Source: Balanoglossus misakiensis
Taxonomy: Eukaryota > Animalia > Hemichordata
Length of the DNA stretch: 64,000 nt
NCBI GenBank assembly: GCA_040954595.2
Contig: CM082585.2
Span: forward strand, 10,455,895-10,519,894
Reading direction: 5' to 3'
The notes under the pieces are model-generated. The model ran no database searches and had not been told where the DNA came from. It saw only the letters and a program-made list of their open reading frames with translations. Made by a program: the position numbers and the translations under genes. This document shows positions 28,301 through 43,300 of the stretch, piece after piece. Positions within the stretch are counted from its first letter, which is position 1. Each line of letters opens with the position of its first letter.

Positions 28301-31300
28301 AAACCTATTTTGTTTCTGAATTCATTAAATATCAAATCAATCACAAGATCACCGCTCAACCACCTGCAGATATCTACTGATCCGATTCTCACTGAAGTGG
28401 GTCATGGTTGCCGTGGTAAACATTAGGGTTTGACGTGATCACACCATAACTCTGGGTATCACCATATCTTCATTTGTCATCGTACACTGACGAACAGAAG
28501 AACTGTTTGAAAAATTTGATATAACATCATTGAAGACCTTGATAACATTAAGGTCAACAACAGTGCAAAATTTTGAATGAGAGAGTAAAATTGTCTCAAA
28601 TTTGAAATTCAAAATGGCCGCCAAATCTGTCCCTGAGGTGCGTCCTATGCAGTGTCTGATTCTGTGCACTACAATTCATGATACAGTCAGCCTAAAAATA
28701 TTTTTGGAAGATGTATGCCAAACATAATCAAACAAGACTGTCAGTGAATTTCAATTACTGCCACCCACATTGAAAATAAAACATCTTGTGTTACATCTGT
28801 TAGTTAATTTAAGTTATTTTTAAGTTTCAACGAAGTGAGAATAATTGAGTTGACGTACAGACATGTTTTGATCGTTAGTTTGTAAAGTCATTTCTCATCT
28901 GTACATTATTAGTTAGTCTAGTGGTCTTAGCTAGTGAAATGAATTTTGTTGTTGTCGATTTCTATAATAGCGTGCTCTTGTGCAAGACGGATGTGTATGT
29001 TATCTTGCAGCGCAACATCCTGTAGACTGCAATTAGGCAGAATAGAAAGATTGTTGGCTGCAGATTCAGTTATGTGTACTCAAGAAATTCTACTCCAAAA
29101 TTAGGAGTAAATGCAGGAATTGCCATTATCGGTCTTCAGATGTCCATCATTTGTGAAATAAAAGCTGGATGCAGTGCCTGGGTCTTGTTACATGGTATTG
29201 TTTGATGAGATGGGATTATTGGAAAGCGATGTCGAGTTTCTGATTAGAATAGCTGTCGGATGCTTCCCACGTGGGCATCTCTCAACATTGAGGCCATTGC
29301 TGTCAATTGAAAAGGTATGAAGTGAAGACTTCTGTCTTCAAGAAGGTAAAAAGATTGTCTTCAGTTGTTGGATGAAGATAAGATGTCTTCAGAAAGTGTC
29401 TTGTATACCGGGCTTGTATGGTGGAGCAGTTTCCATGGTGATATACCGTACAAAGATAACCATTGACCTCTGACCTATGATGGCAGTTTGGTGAGATGAG
29501 GAGTTGGCTCCAGAAAAGTTGCCCAGCAAGTCTTATTTAGTGGAGCAGTTTCCATGGTGACATGCAGAGACTGACCTAGGCAGTCTGAATTTGAGTGACT
29601 GGTGGTTCCTTGGTGATATGAACTGTTGTTGAAACCAGGGTCTGTGTTTTTGTGAGAGTGATGACGATAAGAGAGTGGAAAAAAGAAAATTGGCTGTTTT
29701 TGAGAAATACAAGATTTGTTAAAAATAAAGGTTGGCTTATGAAACACCAATCTATATATCGTGCTTGTAAGAACCAATTAACACCTTTTTTCGACGTTAG
29801 GTAACAGTACTTAAAACTGAAATAGATTATCTGAAAAATTTAAAATGTTCATTAAAAAAATTTTGATCGACAACAGATAAAAAATATTGACGTGTCCGTG
29901 TGAGTAAGTGCTTTCTACGTTATATAAGAGGTCCAGGAATTTTGCAAGATCCATTAGTTGATGAGGAATGATATTATTACTTGATGAGCCAGAAGAGGTT
30001 ACTAACGATCAGTTTTGTCTGAATGACCTCACAAGTAGTAATGTCAAGTCTACTCTGTTGGTAAACACGTTTCTAAATCAGACTCTTGCTGTTTGGAGTA
30101 CATAGCAGATGCTCTTGAAACTCTGATGTCAAATATGACCTTGCAATTATACAACATCTCGACTTGTCTCACAAGTGTACACGCCAACATTGATTTACCC
30201 TTCTTGTGTATTAAAAGAACATGTTACCGATATTTTCAATAAATATTGTTCAACTCTGTATGATGTCAGACCTTCACCATAATTGTTTAAATTGTTGTTT
30301 TAATGCAGGAAAAGTTGGATACCTTCACCATACTGTGCCTTATACATCATTTACAGGGATCAACTAATTTACATTGTAGAACTTACTAGTTCTTTGAAAC
30401 AAGTATCAGATATTGAAGGATAACGTTGTGAAGTTTTCTACAGTGGCTTGAAATATAATCATCAGCTGTCTGCCAAAGTAATTGTTATGAGTCAAAAATA
30501 AGCAAGGAGACTGAAAGTTCCTTTGTATAGTTGCTGATTTTATTTTTTATGTTTTGATTTAATTTAATTTAAATTACACATTTTGCGTATATTTCAGAGC
30601 ACCCCAGCCCAACCGATCAAGTTGTAGTGACTCAAGGAGGTAAAGTGCAATTTTTAAGTTATAACAGGTTTAATTGGGGATAGAGGTGAATTTATTTGTC
30701 TAGCTCTTAGAAAATTGAGACTTATTCTTGCAATTTTAGAGATTTTTTATCACTGTGAAGCATTTGGCTGTACCACAAACAATAAGTTGTATGGTTTATT
30801 TGTTAAACATGAGATAGTATGGCTTTAGTCAATGGTCCTTCAGAAATGTCAAATTTTCATTAGCTGAACGTCGGTTATCAAACCCTTGTGAGGGTGTCAG
30901 CAGAGTTCAGAGAAATCGTGAAGCGTCCACATCAAAATTACAAGCCAAATTTGAGACAACGTAATATCACCAAGGCAACAAGACAACATTTCCCCCTCTT
31001 GAATGTGAAGTGAATATATCCTGGTTTTCTTTTTGAAGTTTAAGGGTCATAGGAAATGATGTTTTAATGTGAAGTAAGACGAGAAGATCTCTGAAAGCAC
31101 ATTGTGTGTTGAAATGTTTTAGAAATTTGACTGACAGTTCTGAAGAGGAATAGACACTTCATACTTTATGGCTTTCATCAACAGATTTTAATAGCATAAG
31201 GGAGTTTAAAGTATTTTTTGGGACTATACATGTAGCATTCACTGTGCACTAGAGACAGCTACGTGTATGAGGTAGACGGAAATCTGGCATTTCTTCAGGT

Positions 31301-34300
31301 AACGGAAATTTTTATGAAACAACAACATAATAACGTGTATTCAAAGTGAACCTTATTTTCATGAAATGAAGAAAAAAATTGAATGCTGGGTAAAGATTGT
31401 TACTGTATGTTGTGCAAGAAAGTTATTTTATAATTTGCATAGAAATTACTCGTCAAATTTCCTCATCACATTCTGTATGCAATGGCTATGTAAAGGTTTG
31501 TAAGATATGACACTTGAATGGGTAATGTGCCATTTGCCCAATTAGCACAGTCAGAGTGATTTGTAAGTGTTCCCATGGTAACATAGACAATATAATTCAG
31601 ACAGTTGTATAAGTCTTGATCTGAGATAACTAGACCGTGGAATAGCGTAATTTCTTTTGCGAATTCCTGGAATACGGTTCTTACTTGGGAAGCGTTGATG
31701 TGCGTTGACTACGCACAGTTGATGTAGGTGGTTCATAAGCATGTAGAGCACAAAATGGAGTCACTTAACAAGAATATCACGTAGTTAACATCAATCACAA
31801 AGAAAACCGACGCTTCCTTGGTTTCTTTTTACATTCAAGATTTACAGTAGTGATTTCAAGTCATTGTTTAAGAATTCTACTCCCAATTTGTCTTGAATTT
31901 GTGGTTTATTGGCTTGCCACACGAGAAAGGTTTTTCTTCTTTGATTCATTTGCATTCAGTTAGTTTTGCCAGTTTTCATTTTCGAAAACCTGACAATTTC
32001 CATCCAGTGTTTCGATGAAAAAGGTCACACAAAACAGTCTGAGAACTGTTTGAGAACTAAATGAATTGCTTGCACATACTGAAAACACATCTCATGTTAA
32101 TTATGGCTTATGGTGTACAGCCAATTATCTACATTTAGTAGAATTGATGTGTGCTGTGTGTGGTTTAAAAGTTACATTGATTTAATATCGACACTAAGTA
32201 GAATTAATCGCAGTCAATACTGCATTCATAAGTAGTAAAGGACTTGGCATTGATTTTACTGATTTGCATAGTTTGATCATCAGAGATTTTAAGGGCTTGT
32301 CATAGTTTTATTAAAGGGGGTTTCAGTTTGTGTGTGACTGTTTTTCCATAAATTAAGCATTCACATAAAGAGTGAGGAAGTTTTGGTACGGTACATGTAC
32401 ATATAGAGAAAAAATTTTGTGGTAGTGTTATTGAAAGTCAAGACTCATCTGTCAGTTGTGGCAAGACCATGGATAATGACTGATAAATGAATTTTGCAGT
32501 TTCCTGTGCATCGTGCAAAAAGCAATAAAAATAGTCATCAGTCATTGAAAACACTAAGAAGTGGTTATGATGCAGCCCTTATCGTCACTTTTTATGTGGA
32601 ATGCCGGGGCTATGTTGGACACTAGATTGACAGACCATGCTGTGCACTTCCACAAACGGATGATTTGTGATGATCCCAGTCTTCAGGAGAAGACCTTTCT
32701 CCTCGAAAAGATGGAAACATGCATTTCTGTCTCTGAAATCTTACAACCACATGTAAGTCCCTCTCACTCATTAATCAAAAAACTCATTTTAATGTCAGAT
32801 GGTGTATTTTTAGACTCAGCAGGCAATATGGATTTTAACATTGTGTCATCATTTTCAAACAAGAAAGTAGATAGATACTGACCATTCTCCAGACTTTGCC
32901 ATCATATTATTCAGAATATCAACTTGTTATCGTGCTCATACATTTGATAGAGAATGATTGAGTTAATAATAGATATGATGTGATTGATGGACTATTATAA
33001 AGTGAACAGACCTTTTGACGGGTTTTGCGAGTGCAACATGATGATATTAATCAATTGCTTTCCGTGAATAGTGAGTGACTAGGCACTCTGAAACAACCCT
33101 CAAAGTTACACTCAAATCAAGCACATAGTGGATGTTTTTCCATTGATATGTTACCCAATTCAGACTCTTTGTATATTATGTTCTAGAGCCAAAACTCTCC
33201 AGTTGGAAAATGTCTTTGTTTCAAATTTTATTGAGTGAAATTAAAGTGATATTTTGAAAGAGTGGCTCGTACAGAAAATCATAAACTTGTAATTTCAGGG
33301 AAAACATTGATTCTACTTCTGAAATTCCATTTACACCTGCAATTGTGTACATGAGTGAAATTATAAGTGGCTCTAAGCAGTAATCAATAACAGTATGTGT
33401 TCTGGTTCATGCATCAATCCTTTCATCCCCACCGCAAGTGTTGAGATCCAAACTGGCAACCAGGAACTATGTTGTGAGAGTACAGACCACATTAAACAGG
33501 TAGGGTAGGTTGCGACGTAATATAAACTGACATGATTAGAGATACATGTTGTCCAGGATACCAGCATATAGAAGTTGTAACTTCCAAAAATACTTGGGTG
33601 CAATTGTATGATTTCTGCAGGCAGTTCAGACATAACCATTCAAATGTTGCCTTCACTTTGTTTGCCCTGTATCCAACCCCATTCTGAAAGTCGGTAATGT
33701 CCGATACAAGTCTATGAATGAACATGTGTGGAAGTTGCGGCGAAATTACTTACGAAAGACATGTACGACTCCAGAATTACGAAGAAGAGTGTGGGAAAAT
33801 CACCTGTTTAATCTCGGGGTGTTCTATAGGTAATTTGATCTTTGAACCTTTGGCAAGGAATTAGCATCAGAAAGAGGTAGATACATGAAGCAAGTGTTGA
33901 AAATTATCCCAAAATTTCTATTGCCGGTGAAGGTGTTTGTGTACATGTCCAATATGAAACCTGATGGAATCTTGACATGTTCAATAAGGACATTAAACCA
34001 ACCAGTTTGGTTTTGGAATACTTTAATCCTTTTATCGGGCCTTGATATCATCAATCTTCATGATTCAATTTGAACATCAGACATTCGTCTTTTTGTGTGC
34101 CGTGAACGTTTATAATCAAATCAGGGTTTTTTTTCACTGACAGAACATTTCTTGATGTGTTGGTGCCAATAGACTTGTGGCAGCGTCTCGTAGTGCCTGT
34201 AGCAAGTAATTACATTTAGCGATCCTGTTTCAAGAGACTGACTGTCAGATCTTTTAGTCAAACGAACAACAGCCAAATGAATGGATGAATCGTTGAACTT

Positions 34301-37300
34301 TTTAGTCACATTGTACTGGCTGGGTCCTCAGGCAATCCTGTCAAAAACAGCAGAAAAATTATAAATCTTGATGTTGTGACCAATGGCGAACAGGAAACAC
34401 ACACTGTTGGTCTTCGCATGGCAACACTTGTTACTCTGAAATCACATTAATATTACTTTATGTGGAATTTCCACAAAAAAGAGTCTCATACATGTAGATG
34501 GGACAGGCCATGTTTATACGTCTTGGTAATGTCTGTGAGACTAAGAGTAACATTTTCTAGACAGCTCACCTCCAATTTCCTCTTCAAAGGATCACATATT
34601 CGTACCAAGTATACGGTACGAATATATGGCATTAAATTTAAAGCCTGTCTTTTTCTTCGATTGCGGCAATAGAACACGAAAAGACAGATAAGATTGTCTT
34701 TCCCGACACCGCAAGCCATAATGCCATTGAGATTTTCTGGGACACTCGTGAAGTGTGGCTTTAACCGATCAAATGTGTCGTTCCTCTCAGATTGCATATA
34801 GGCAGGGTTTAGAAATTTCCCCCGACAGATTTCTTTGTGGTGATGCACACACGAATGATTGTTAAGTTAAGAAGATAAATGGCGATCGTGCGGTGTTAAA
34901 GGATTATTTCCTTCATTATTTTGGACGCATCCTGCAGATTCATGGTCGGTTTTTGTCTGTTCCATATGCAGAGTTTACTGCTGTAATTGAAGATGACAGT
35001 TTTGTTTATCGACTAAATTGCACAGGAAAAGGGGCCTAATGCAATGAATTTTCTTGTTTGAACCAACTAACCTCCATGTCACTTCTACCCTAAATAACAA
35101 TATTTGATTTTGATGAGCCATCTACCAAATTTGGCAATGTCATACGATATTGGCAAAGTTACTGATCAGCTGTTTTTACCCAGATCGTTTCACTAAAAAA
35201 GAAATTCCAACCTATCTATATCTCCCAGGGGCATGTTAAGGAAGCAGAAAAATGCAATGATATTGGATTGTGATTAAAAGTAAAATTTAATCTAATTTAA
35301 TGTTTGAGATCATTTTTGTGTGATAATAAGGGAACAAAGAGAGCATAAGGAAATTTTGATAGTGAAAAGTACTTCAATGTAAAACCAATATGGCAGATAA
35401 TGGAATTGTGGCTTGTGATCAAATCTGCCATGTTTGATTTAATTAGTTGTCAAATGTACCTGAAAAATGCATTTTGTTCGTAAACAGACTATTAACGTAC
35501 CATGTTTTTTCTCTCTGATTTTTCTGTTGCAGGGTTTTCAAGAAGAGCAGCCCAAATGGAAAGGTAAGGCCAGAGCTTCATTTTATTGTGGCTGTTTTGT
35601 GCGGAAGTGTTTCTGATGTATTGCTCACTAATGGTTGCCGTGTGCAGGTATTTTTATCATGCCCACAGGATATTCTCCATAATTTGAACATCAGCAAAGG
35701 GAACCCGTTTGTAAATCCACTCAGTCATGGAATTGCTGATGTTGTTTGTCATCGTTTTGTTTTATTCAGAAACTGCATTCTCAGTTATGCCATAAAATTT
35801 CCAATCTCTTTCTATTTCAATATCATTCATGATGCACTAGATCATGCTCTCGATATTTGATGAGAAAATGTTATCAGTGATAAATTATGCAAATTTTAAT
35901 CAAATAATGGCACTGTTGACTTCACATAAACCAGGCTGGTTTCTTGAGAATGTGCAAAATCTCAAAAGCAACCATGAACGAAAACCATATCAGATAATAA
36001 CTAAGATACAATTGCCCTGATAGATCACCGAAATATACTCATATCTGAATTTCCCTCTGAAATAAGCTTTACCTTGAATTATTAATCATGTCACATCACT
36101 AAAGAATTCTAAACGACTTTCACTGTGTATTAGAATGTGTGGGAAAAAGGCTGCCGTGGTAACCTCTTTATTTTTACAGCCCAGGCATATTTGCACTGGC
36201 TTGTCACAATTATTCAATGATGTCGTCAAGTATCTGATAGAACAGTTGAAATTTATCTGTATGACATTCGCATCTGCTTGCGGCTAACTCGGATACAAAG
36301 GTTGGGAACAGCCGGTTTTGACGCAGACAAAGCTTGAGTGATAAGCTCATTATGCACTGCTCCACTTGGCATAAACATTATAGCTCTCTCTTACGGCGAG
36401 GTCTGAAATTGCTCATAACAGGTTCACATGAGTTTAAGAAGAAATCTGATGAATAAAAACCACTGAATGGTTCAATCATCTCAAAAGGGGGAGTTATTGT
36501 GCTGTAATAGAATAAATGATATCATGGCCAGCCATCATTATCAGAACACTTGCCAAGGCAATGTGGCCAGCAGTTTACAACACCCTTCACACAAGCATGT
36601 CATGTCCATGCATGCAACACACAGTTTCCTGTGTTCTAATACTACCACTGAAGACAGAGCACCATCTGATCAGTGGATAGGTACCTGGATTATAAATTAT
36701 TTTGATCTGGCTGCAATGTAAAAACGATTATTATATTACGCATATACATGTTTTATGCCTGTGGTTGAATAATTGCTGTGCCTAGGTACTGTTGAATCTC
36801 AAACTTGCAGAGAATGTTTTTTCGGCGCAGTCGTGGTTGTGAATTTTTACATGCGACATGGTTTTACACTCAGACTTGCTTAAACTCATGAATATATTAT
36901 CCCCTCAGGCACCATGTCTGTAGCCTGAGACATTTTCCAGGGTATTGGAAATGCCGGATTTCTTACTCGCATGTGATTCCGTTCGGAAGCCACATCTCCG
37001 GTGTCTGAGTGATCAGCAAGGGCTTATCAGGATATAATCTGGTACTGAAGTGGCTCTCCTGTTTTGCAAAATCAATGGTAGCTACGTACTTTCCCTGTCG
37101 AATTATGGCTGAGTAAAAAAGACGAAAACAGTTAGTTTCCCTGAAAATAATCCACACTCGAAGTCATCTGATCTGCCTGTGACCAAATATTCTACTTGCT
37201 GATGGAGAGTTTCCTACAGAGCCTGCAGTAATTGCTCGTGGTCTTACTGGTGCCTGACTTTAATATTGTTGCCGTATATTTGACCTATGAACTTAAGAAT

Positions 37301-40300
37301 ATGGATGGGTATGATCACATTTATTTGCACCATACAAAACATCAGATCATGTCCATCATGAATTTCGTGCGGCCATTTTGAATTTGCCACGTATTTGAGG
37401 TAGTTTTCTTCACGAGTCCAAAAATTGCAACTGTCACCTACTGTATATGGATTAATGAGCGAAGTGTGTTAAGGTCCCCAAATGATGCCCAAGTTACAGT
37501 AAAAAAGTTTGTTTTTGAAATGTATTCTGCACACTACATGCATACTAACATGATCCCGTTGATACGTGTGCATGCTAGCTACGCTGTGAAGAGAGCTTTC
37601 CTGTTAAATTTGATCATAAAAAATGTGAGCATAGGTAATGACTGTGTATGCATTGGCAGACCTACTCATGGGGATTACTTTTAGTGCCTGTAAACGCATT
37701 ATGTTTATGGCTCGAAAAGCTGAGAAGTTAAAATTTAGCAAGAGTCTTTGCTATTCCTTTTCGCTACATTTATTTTATTATCATGACCACGCTTTTGGTT
37801 TCTAACTATCTTAACAGCTATTGAAGATTTATGATTGCTGGTGTAAAATTTTGCTGCTCTTTTATACCATTGTGTGTTTTCTATGAAGGCTAAAGCTGTA
37901 TAGACACCGTATTTTCCCTCGTGCCTATGCTCCATCTAACAGGAGAGAAATCTGTCATGGTTTTATAAAATCAAATAACTTAAGAGTGCACAGTGTGTTG
38001 CTTGAATTGCCAGCCAATTTTTGTCAATTTTATTCACTTCAGACGTAAATTGAGAGGAAAACTACCATCATGTGACTGTCCACACTCAGTTCAACAAATT
38101 TTCAAAACACAGGAGAGCCAATTGAAGTAATGAGGTACACGTGCATATCAGATAAATCAATCCATGTGATAACTAACATTCCTGACGGCCTATATGGGTT
38201 GCCTCTCTGATAATAAGGGACCTAAGATTCCTTCCAAGAAGTATGATGCAAGGTGCATCCTTCTAAAAATCAATCGCGAGAATACAATCATTAGATTAAT
38301 TAGGTATAAAATCTGGAGAACATCCCACCTACATTATTATCTTGTGTCCATCTACTGTACAGAAGATTACTGCCTATGGCTGGGTTTTAATTAAGGTAAT
38401 GCAATACATTATATTTCTTATCTTGATGCTGTTTCTCGTATTTCGAAATTTTCCCCGGGCCAAAATTTAAGGAGAGGTTCTTCATTAATGAAAGAAATGT
38501 GTGTATTATTATGGAATACTTTAAAGCTCCACTAGCTGTAACTGTTTTTTTTTTTTTTGCAGTATTTATGTTTGCACGACTTGTTTTGTTAATGCTTTGC
38601 AAGCATCATTTGCAGTTGCCTCTTCTCAAAACACCCAGCTGGAAATTTGTTAATGGGATGTATCAAGAGATTTTGTCAATTGAATAGAGTCAAGCATGCA
38701 AGATGATTCCAAAGTGGTTTTTGTTATTACGCTGTATTCTTTGCGTCTCTCTGCACAGCAAATGAGCAAGTCTGCAGGAGGAGAGAAAATGATATTAAAA
38801 CTCATTGAAGTGTATCAGTGGTGATGTGAATAGGATATTTAATGTCAGAAGTCAGATGTAATTTGAATAAGAAATTACGACAGTGTGGTGATAATCAATC
38901 TTGATGGTCTTTGAAAGATATTGATATAATGTCATCAAAATAACATGATCTTTTTTCATTAATTGGTGAATCTATAAAAACTGGGGAAAACTTAGTTGAT
39001 TTATAACAGTACCAGTTGCATGTTGTACATTGTCCCAGTTTCTCAGCACCCTAAGGGGCCTGCTGTGCTGCCAATACTTTGTCTGTGTGTCTGTTACCTC
39101 CCAGAATGGCTGCCAATTTAGATTTTTTTTTCGAAATGAAAATGCTGCATTGCATTGTCTTAGTTCTGTCTGTAATGGCTGTCTATCAATCTCATGAAAC
39201 AGAGCTTTATTTCCGCTCCACGATCCTATGCATGGTAATGCTTGTCATAAAGAGGCCTGTGGTTTTTTGCCGTACATCTCTCGTTAAATTAAATGCCTTT
39301 TCTTGTTGTTTCATTATTAAGTGGAACTATCTGTAAAAGACAGTGTGCTCCTATCATAGTGCTTTAATTAAGATGGCAGCTGTGTATATTCATGACACAT
39401 GTTCAACTTTTTCTGAGTGTCAGGCCCCATTTTGTTCAGAGGAATACTAAACTCAAATCGAGACTAACTGAGCATTTAGTGTCTTGGAATTATACTGGTT
39501 AAAAATGATTTTCAAAAATTGGCTTGTTGCTTCGTTTTATTCTCCCTGGGACAGCTTAGTTACCATCCTATTAAGAGAGGAACTCAGTATGCAATGGGGA
39601 ATCTTTGAAATGCCTAATTATGTTTACCCAGTAATGGCAAAGAGAGGCGATTCCGGAGCAAATGGAACCCTATTCTCTGACTCTCTAAAGAAAACACGTC
39701 CTAATATGTTGTGAAAGTGATCCAATTCCAAGGTCAATTGTACATGATTTATCATTGTGACTTCAATGTCAGTTGAATTACATGGTAATTGTAACATTTT
39801 TGCTGTGTCCTTTATCTATAGTCTATCTGTGCTAATCAAACTATGTAACTACATACATAGTCTAGAATCTATCCGTTCGTAGTCGTACACGAACGGATAG
39901 ATTCTAGACTACTACATACATGTATTACATTATTTTTAAATAATCAAGCAACAGGCATATTTGGTGATCTGGTCAGTGTTTTTTTCGTCAAATTTTTGGC
40001 CAACTGGAAGGTTTTAATCTTATCATAAATTATAGAAGGCATCCATGGTATCAAAGAGATAACAGCCATGAAATATCAAGATTTGTAACTTGAAGAAAGA
40101 ACGTCTGGGGACTGTGACTGAAGAAGATACTGTGACATGAAGGGCACAAGTAAACCAAGGCTGTGTTATCTGGGAAATGACTCGATTAGTCTGTCATCAA
40201 GCTAAATGGCGCCATAGTACATCCCTACAGCTGCTGCATACTGGAACTGCATAATAGGTCCACTTATCTGAGTTATAATTCTCCAGTAAATTTTTTCCAA

Positions 40301-43300
40301 GTCTTAGAACCGCTTATCTGAGTCATAATTCATCACTTCTTTCAGTTATTAGATTGGTACTACTTATGTGAGCCATAATTCTCCACTAAGTTTTTTCAGG
40401 TCTTTTCGTTCTTCTGGTAAATCTATGGTACTTATCTGAGTAATATAATTACATGTACTCTTCATTAGCTATGAAGTCCTATTGTTCTTCTACTGCTAGA
40501 ATTAATCCAAGTCATAATTCTTCACTAGATTTCTAAAGTTAGGACTATATGTATTGTGGCACTGCTGGTAGAACCCCTTATATGAGTCACAATTCTCTGC
40601 TAGCTTTTTCACTTTCATCACTATATGTATCACCATATTGTGGTTCTGCCGGTAATTGAGAGTGATTCAGTAAGCCGAATTCGAAGAGCATATAATATTC
40701 TGTGGAGGCAAAATGAAATACGCAAAAAAATGTCAAACGTGAACGACTTCGCCCCACTAAGATGACGTGCTGTGCACGTAGGTTCAGCTTACCTAACACT
40801 GTGCCTGAAATTGTGCAATTCTGATTTTTTGCTCTGCCATGGTTCGTAGTGTCAGTTTATAAAGTATGTGAGTGATGAATACAGAGAGATTGTGTACTGG
40901 GGTCTCTGTTTATCGAAACTGCCTTCTCTACAAATAATGACTTATCGCTGCCAGGTACGTTATGCATTTATTAGTGAGGCATTCAAAAGATTACTTCATG
41001 TTCTAACTTTGATATTTAAAAGTAGACATAATTACAAAGAACTCCGGCGACAGAATTGCCTCTGGCTGTCACGAGCCGTCGCTATCGGCAACACACTGTG
41101 GAGAATTCTTTAGTGTAGTATATTATCCATAACAACAGCCAGACACACCTTGCAGAGTTTCTTGATTGCTTGAGGCAGCACATTTAGAAGTTGAGTTTCA
41201 GTAAGATGATTTGCCTTTGTACAATGCGGACGTGCTTTCGTGAAGTAGTGGGCTTGAAAAATCACTACTCAGACAGTTGCCTTTAGAATTTCTGGACTTA
41301 GACTGAAATGCGGAGGACAGATTAAAGCAAAGACAGTTCACACAGGCCCCCTTTTTCCTATTTCATTATGATCTTGGCGTCATATTAATTGTTCGGTCTT
41401 CTGCACCCAAGTGGATAACTCACTTCTTTATAGTTAAAGCTAGCTTCTTCATTGAAGAGTATCGCCAATATCAAAGCAGGCTCGCTGTGTGTTATAAATA
41501 TTTAACAGACATTTTCAATTAAAATGCACTGCCTGTATTAAAATCCCAGAAACCTACGTTCACTTCAAATAAATTGAGAATATTGAAATCAAGTCACGTT
41601 CTGTGGCTTTGAAAATGTAAGGAGTGGTGTAGGAGAAAAAAAGTCTGATTATGTAGTCTTGTGGTATTGATGTTCGCTCTGGGGGCAGAAATAATTGTTG
41701 ATAATGTGTGTGGATGGCTGTAATGGGTGCAGACACACAGTTTGAATTGGCAGATTACGTTGGGTTTATTCTCCAGTCAGAAGATGTTAGCTTCTCTTTA
41801 AAGGAGCACTGGGTCTAGAGAGACAGGTTTCATCAAACAGTTTTCATTGTGTGTCATTTGGAAGCTGACCTTTGAACCACGTTAGAGAGAGGAATAGAAT
41901 TCTTCTAGGAGAAAGTCAAGGATTGTTTGAGTTGAAAAAAATCAAGGAAGTTTGTTGAAGTTTGTTTCAGACCCATTTTATATTTAAATTCCATAGAAAA
42001 ATAATAACAAAACTGTATAAAACTAAATTGATTTGGTTTACAAAAAATAACGTACAACTTTAAGTGTGTAGTCCATTTCGCATTCATTGAGATTCATAAT
42101 TCTCTGTGTTGCACATAATTTTTGTCAAGGAATTTCTCCAGTAGCCCATGAGGCTGTTACACTAATGACGTGTGTACAAGGAGTTGCTATGGCAATGTGT
42201 TCAAGCAGCCAAACAAACTGAGGGTGAATATTTATGAGTGGATCTGTTGTATAACTTTGCATGTTGTTGATTATCGAATCGTGATAATTTAAAATAGATG
42301 GCTCGTAGAGATGAATGCCTTTGACTGATGTCGTCATCTCAAAAGAATAGGTTGACATTCAAGAAATACCACACCCTTTCCATCTGTCAAGCTGCTTGCA
42401 AAGAAAATATTGGAATATATGCTGTCTTGTTTCCTACACGTATTTCCTGATTATCTTCCGAAATTAAATCAAGTTATCATGTAATTATCTTGAATTGGTC
42501 AGCTAGGGGAGAAAGTCCTAATATGTTGAAATTTTAAACAGGGATAATGATCGAGTTTTGGAGGCAATGAACTGTACATGCACAAAAAACGGGCAACAAA
42601 ATATTTCCTGGTCTGTTGTAACTACAAGCATTGAAATGTGATGAACATGGCAACATGGGTGCCATAGCAACTAAGAACTAAGTCGGTTATCATCAAGTGA
42701 TGTAGACCATTTGGGTAATTGAGACGTCTCGGACAAACCTCTCAAACTGAGTGGATTTATCAAATGTTGATTTACTTCCCCTTGCAACCGGTTGCTTATC
42801 TTTCCTTGGAAAACACAGGAATTTTGAGCAGTGTTTCCCAACATGTATCCGCTGTGGATATGTTGACCATATCCATTATCCCTTAAAGTTTCCCTGTACT
42901 TCATGAAGGGTTGGGGCAGATTAAAGGGACATAGGTGCAGATTATAGCACACTACAGCTGGGGATGGCAGTGTAAGTTCTGTGGCAAAAGTCAATGAAGT
43001 ATCATTACTTAAACACAGGTTTTTCCTGTAAATTTTGTCAAGGAATCTATCTATATAACAGGAGAATTGTTGGTAACTGGTTAAAATTGTGACTTTCAAG
43101 CCTCTCTTTTGTTTATTTGACAGATCACAACATATCTTGGGAAGAGAGACTTTGTGGACCATCTGACACATGTCGATCCTGTCGGTAAGTGAGAAGAAAG
43201 TTCTTGGAAGGATTTTAAATAACGGATTGAAATTCTCCGTGCCAGATTGAATCATCTGCATGCAGTCTCATCTACCAAATGAAGACGACTGGCGACAGTT

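Noticed and set aside
42671-43261. 196-aa minus-strand ORF
   Set aside because: Antisense to beta-arrestin exon 3 and its intron; no recognisable motif.
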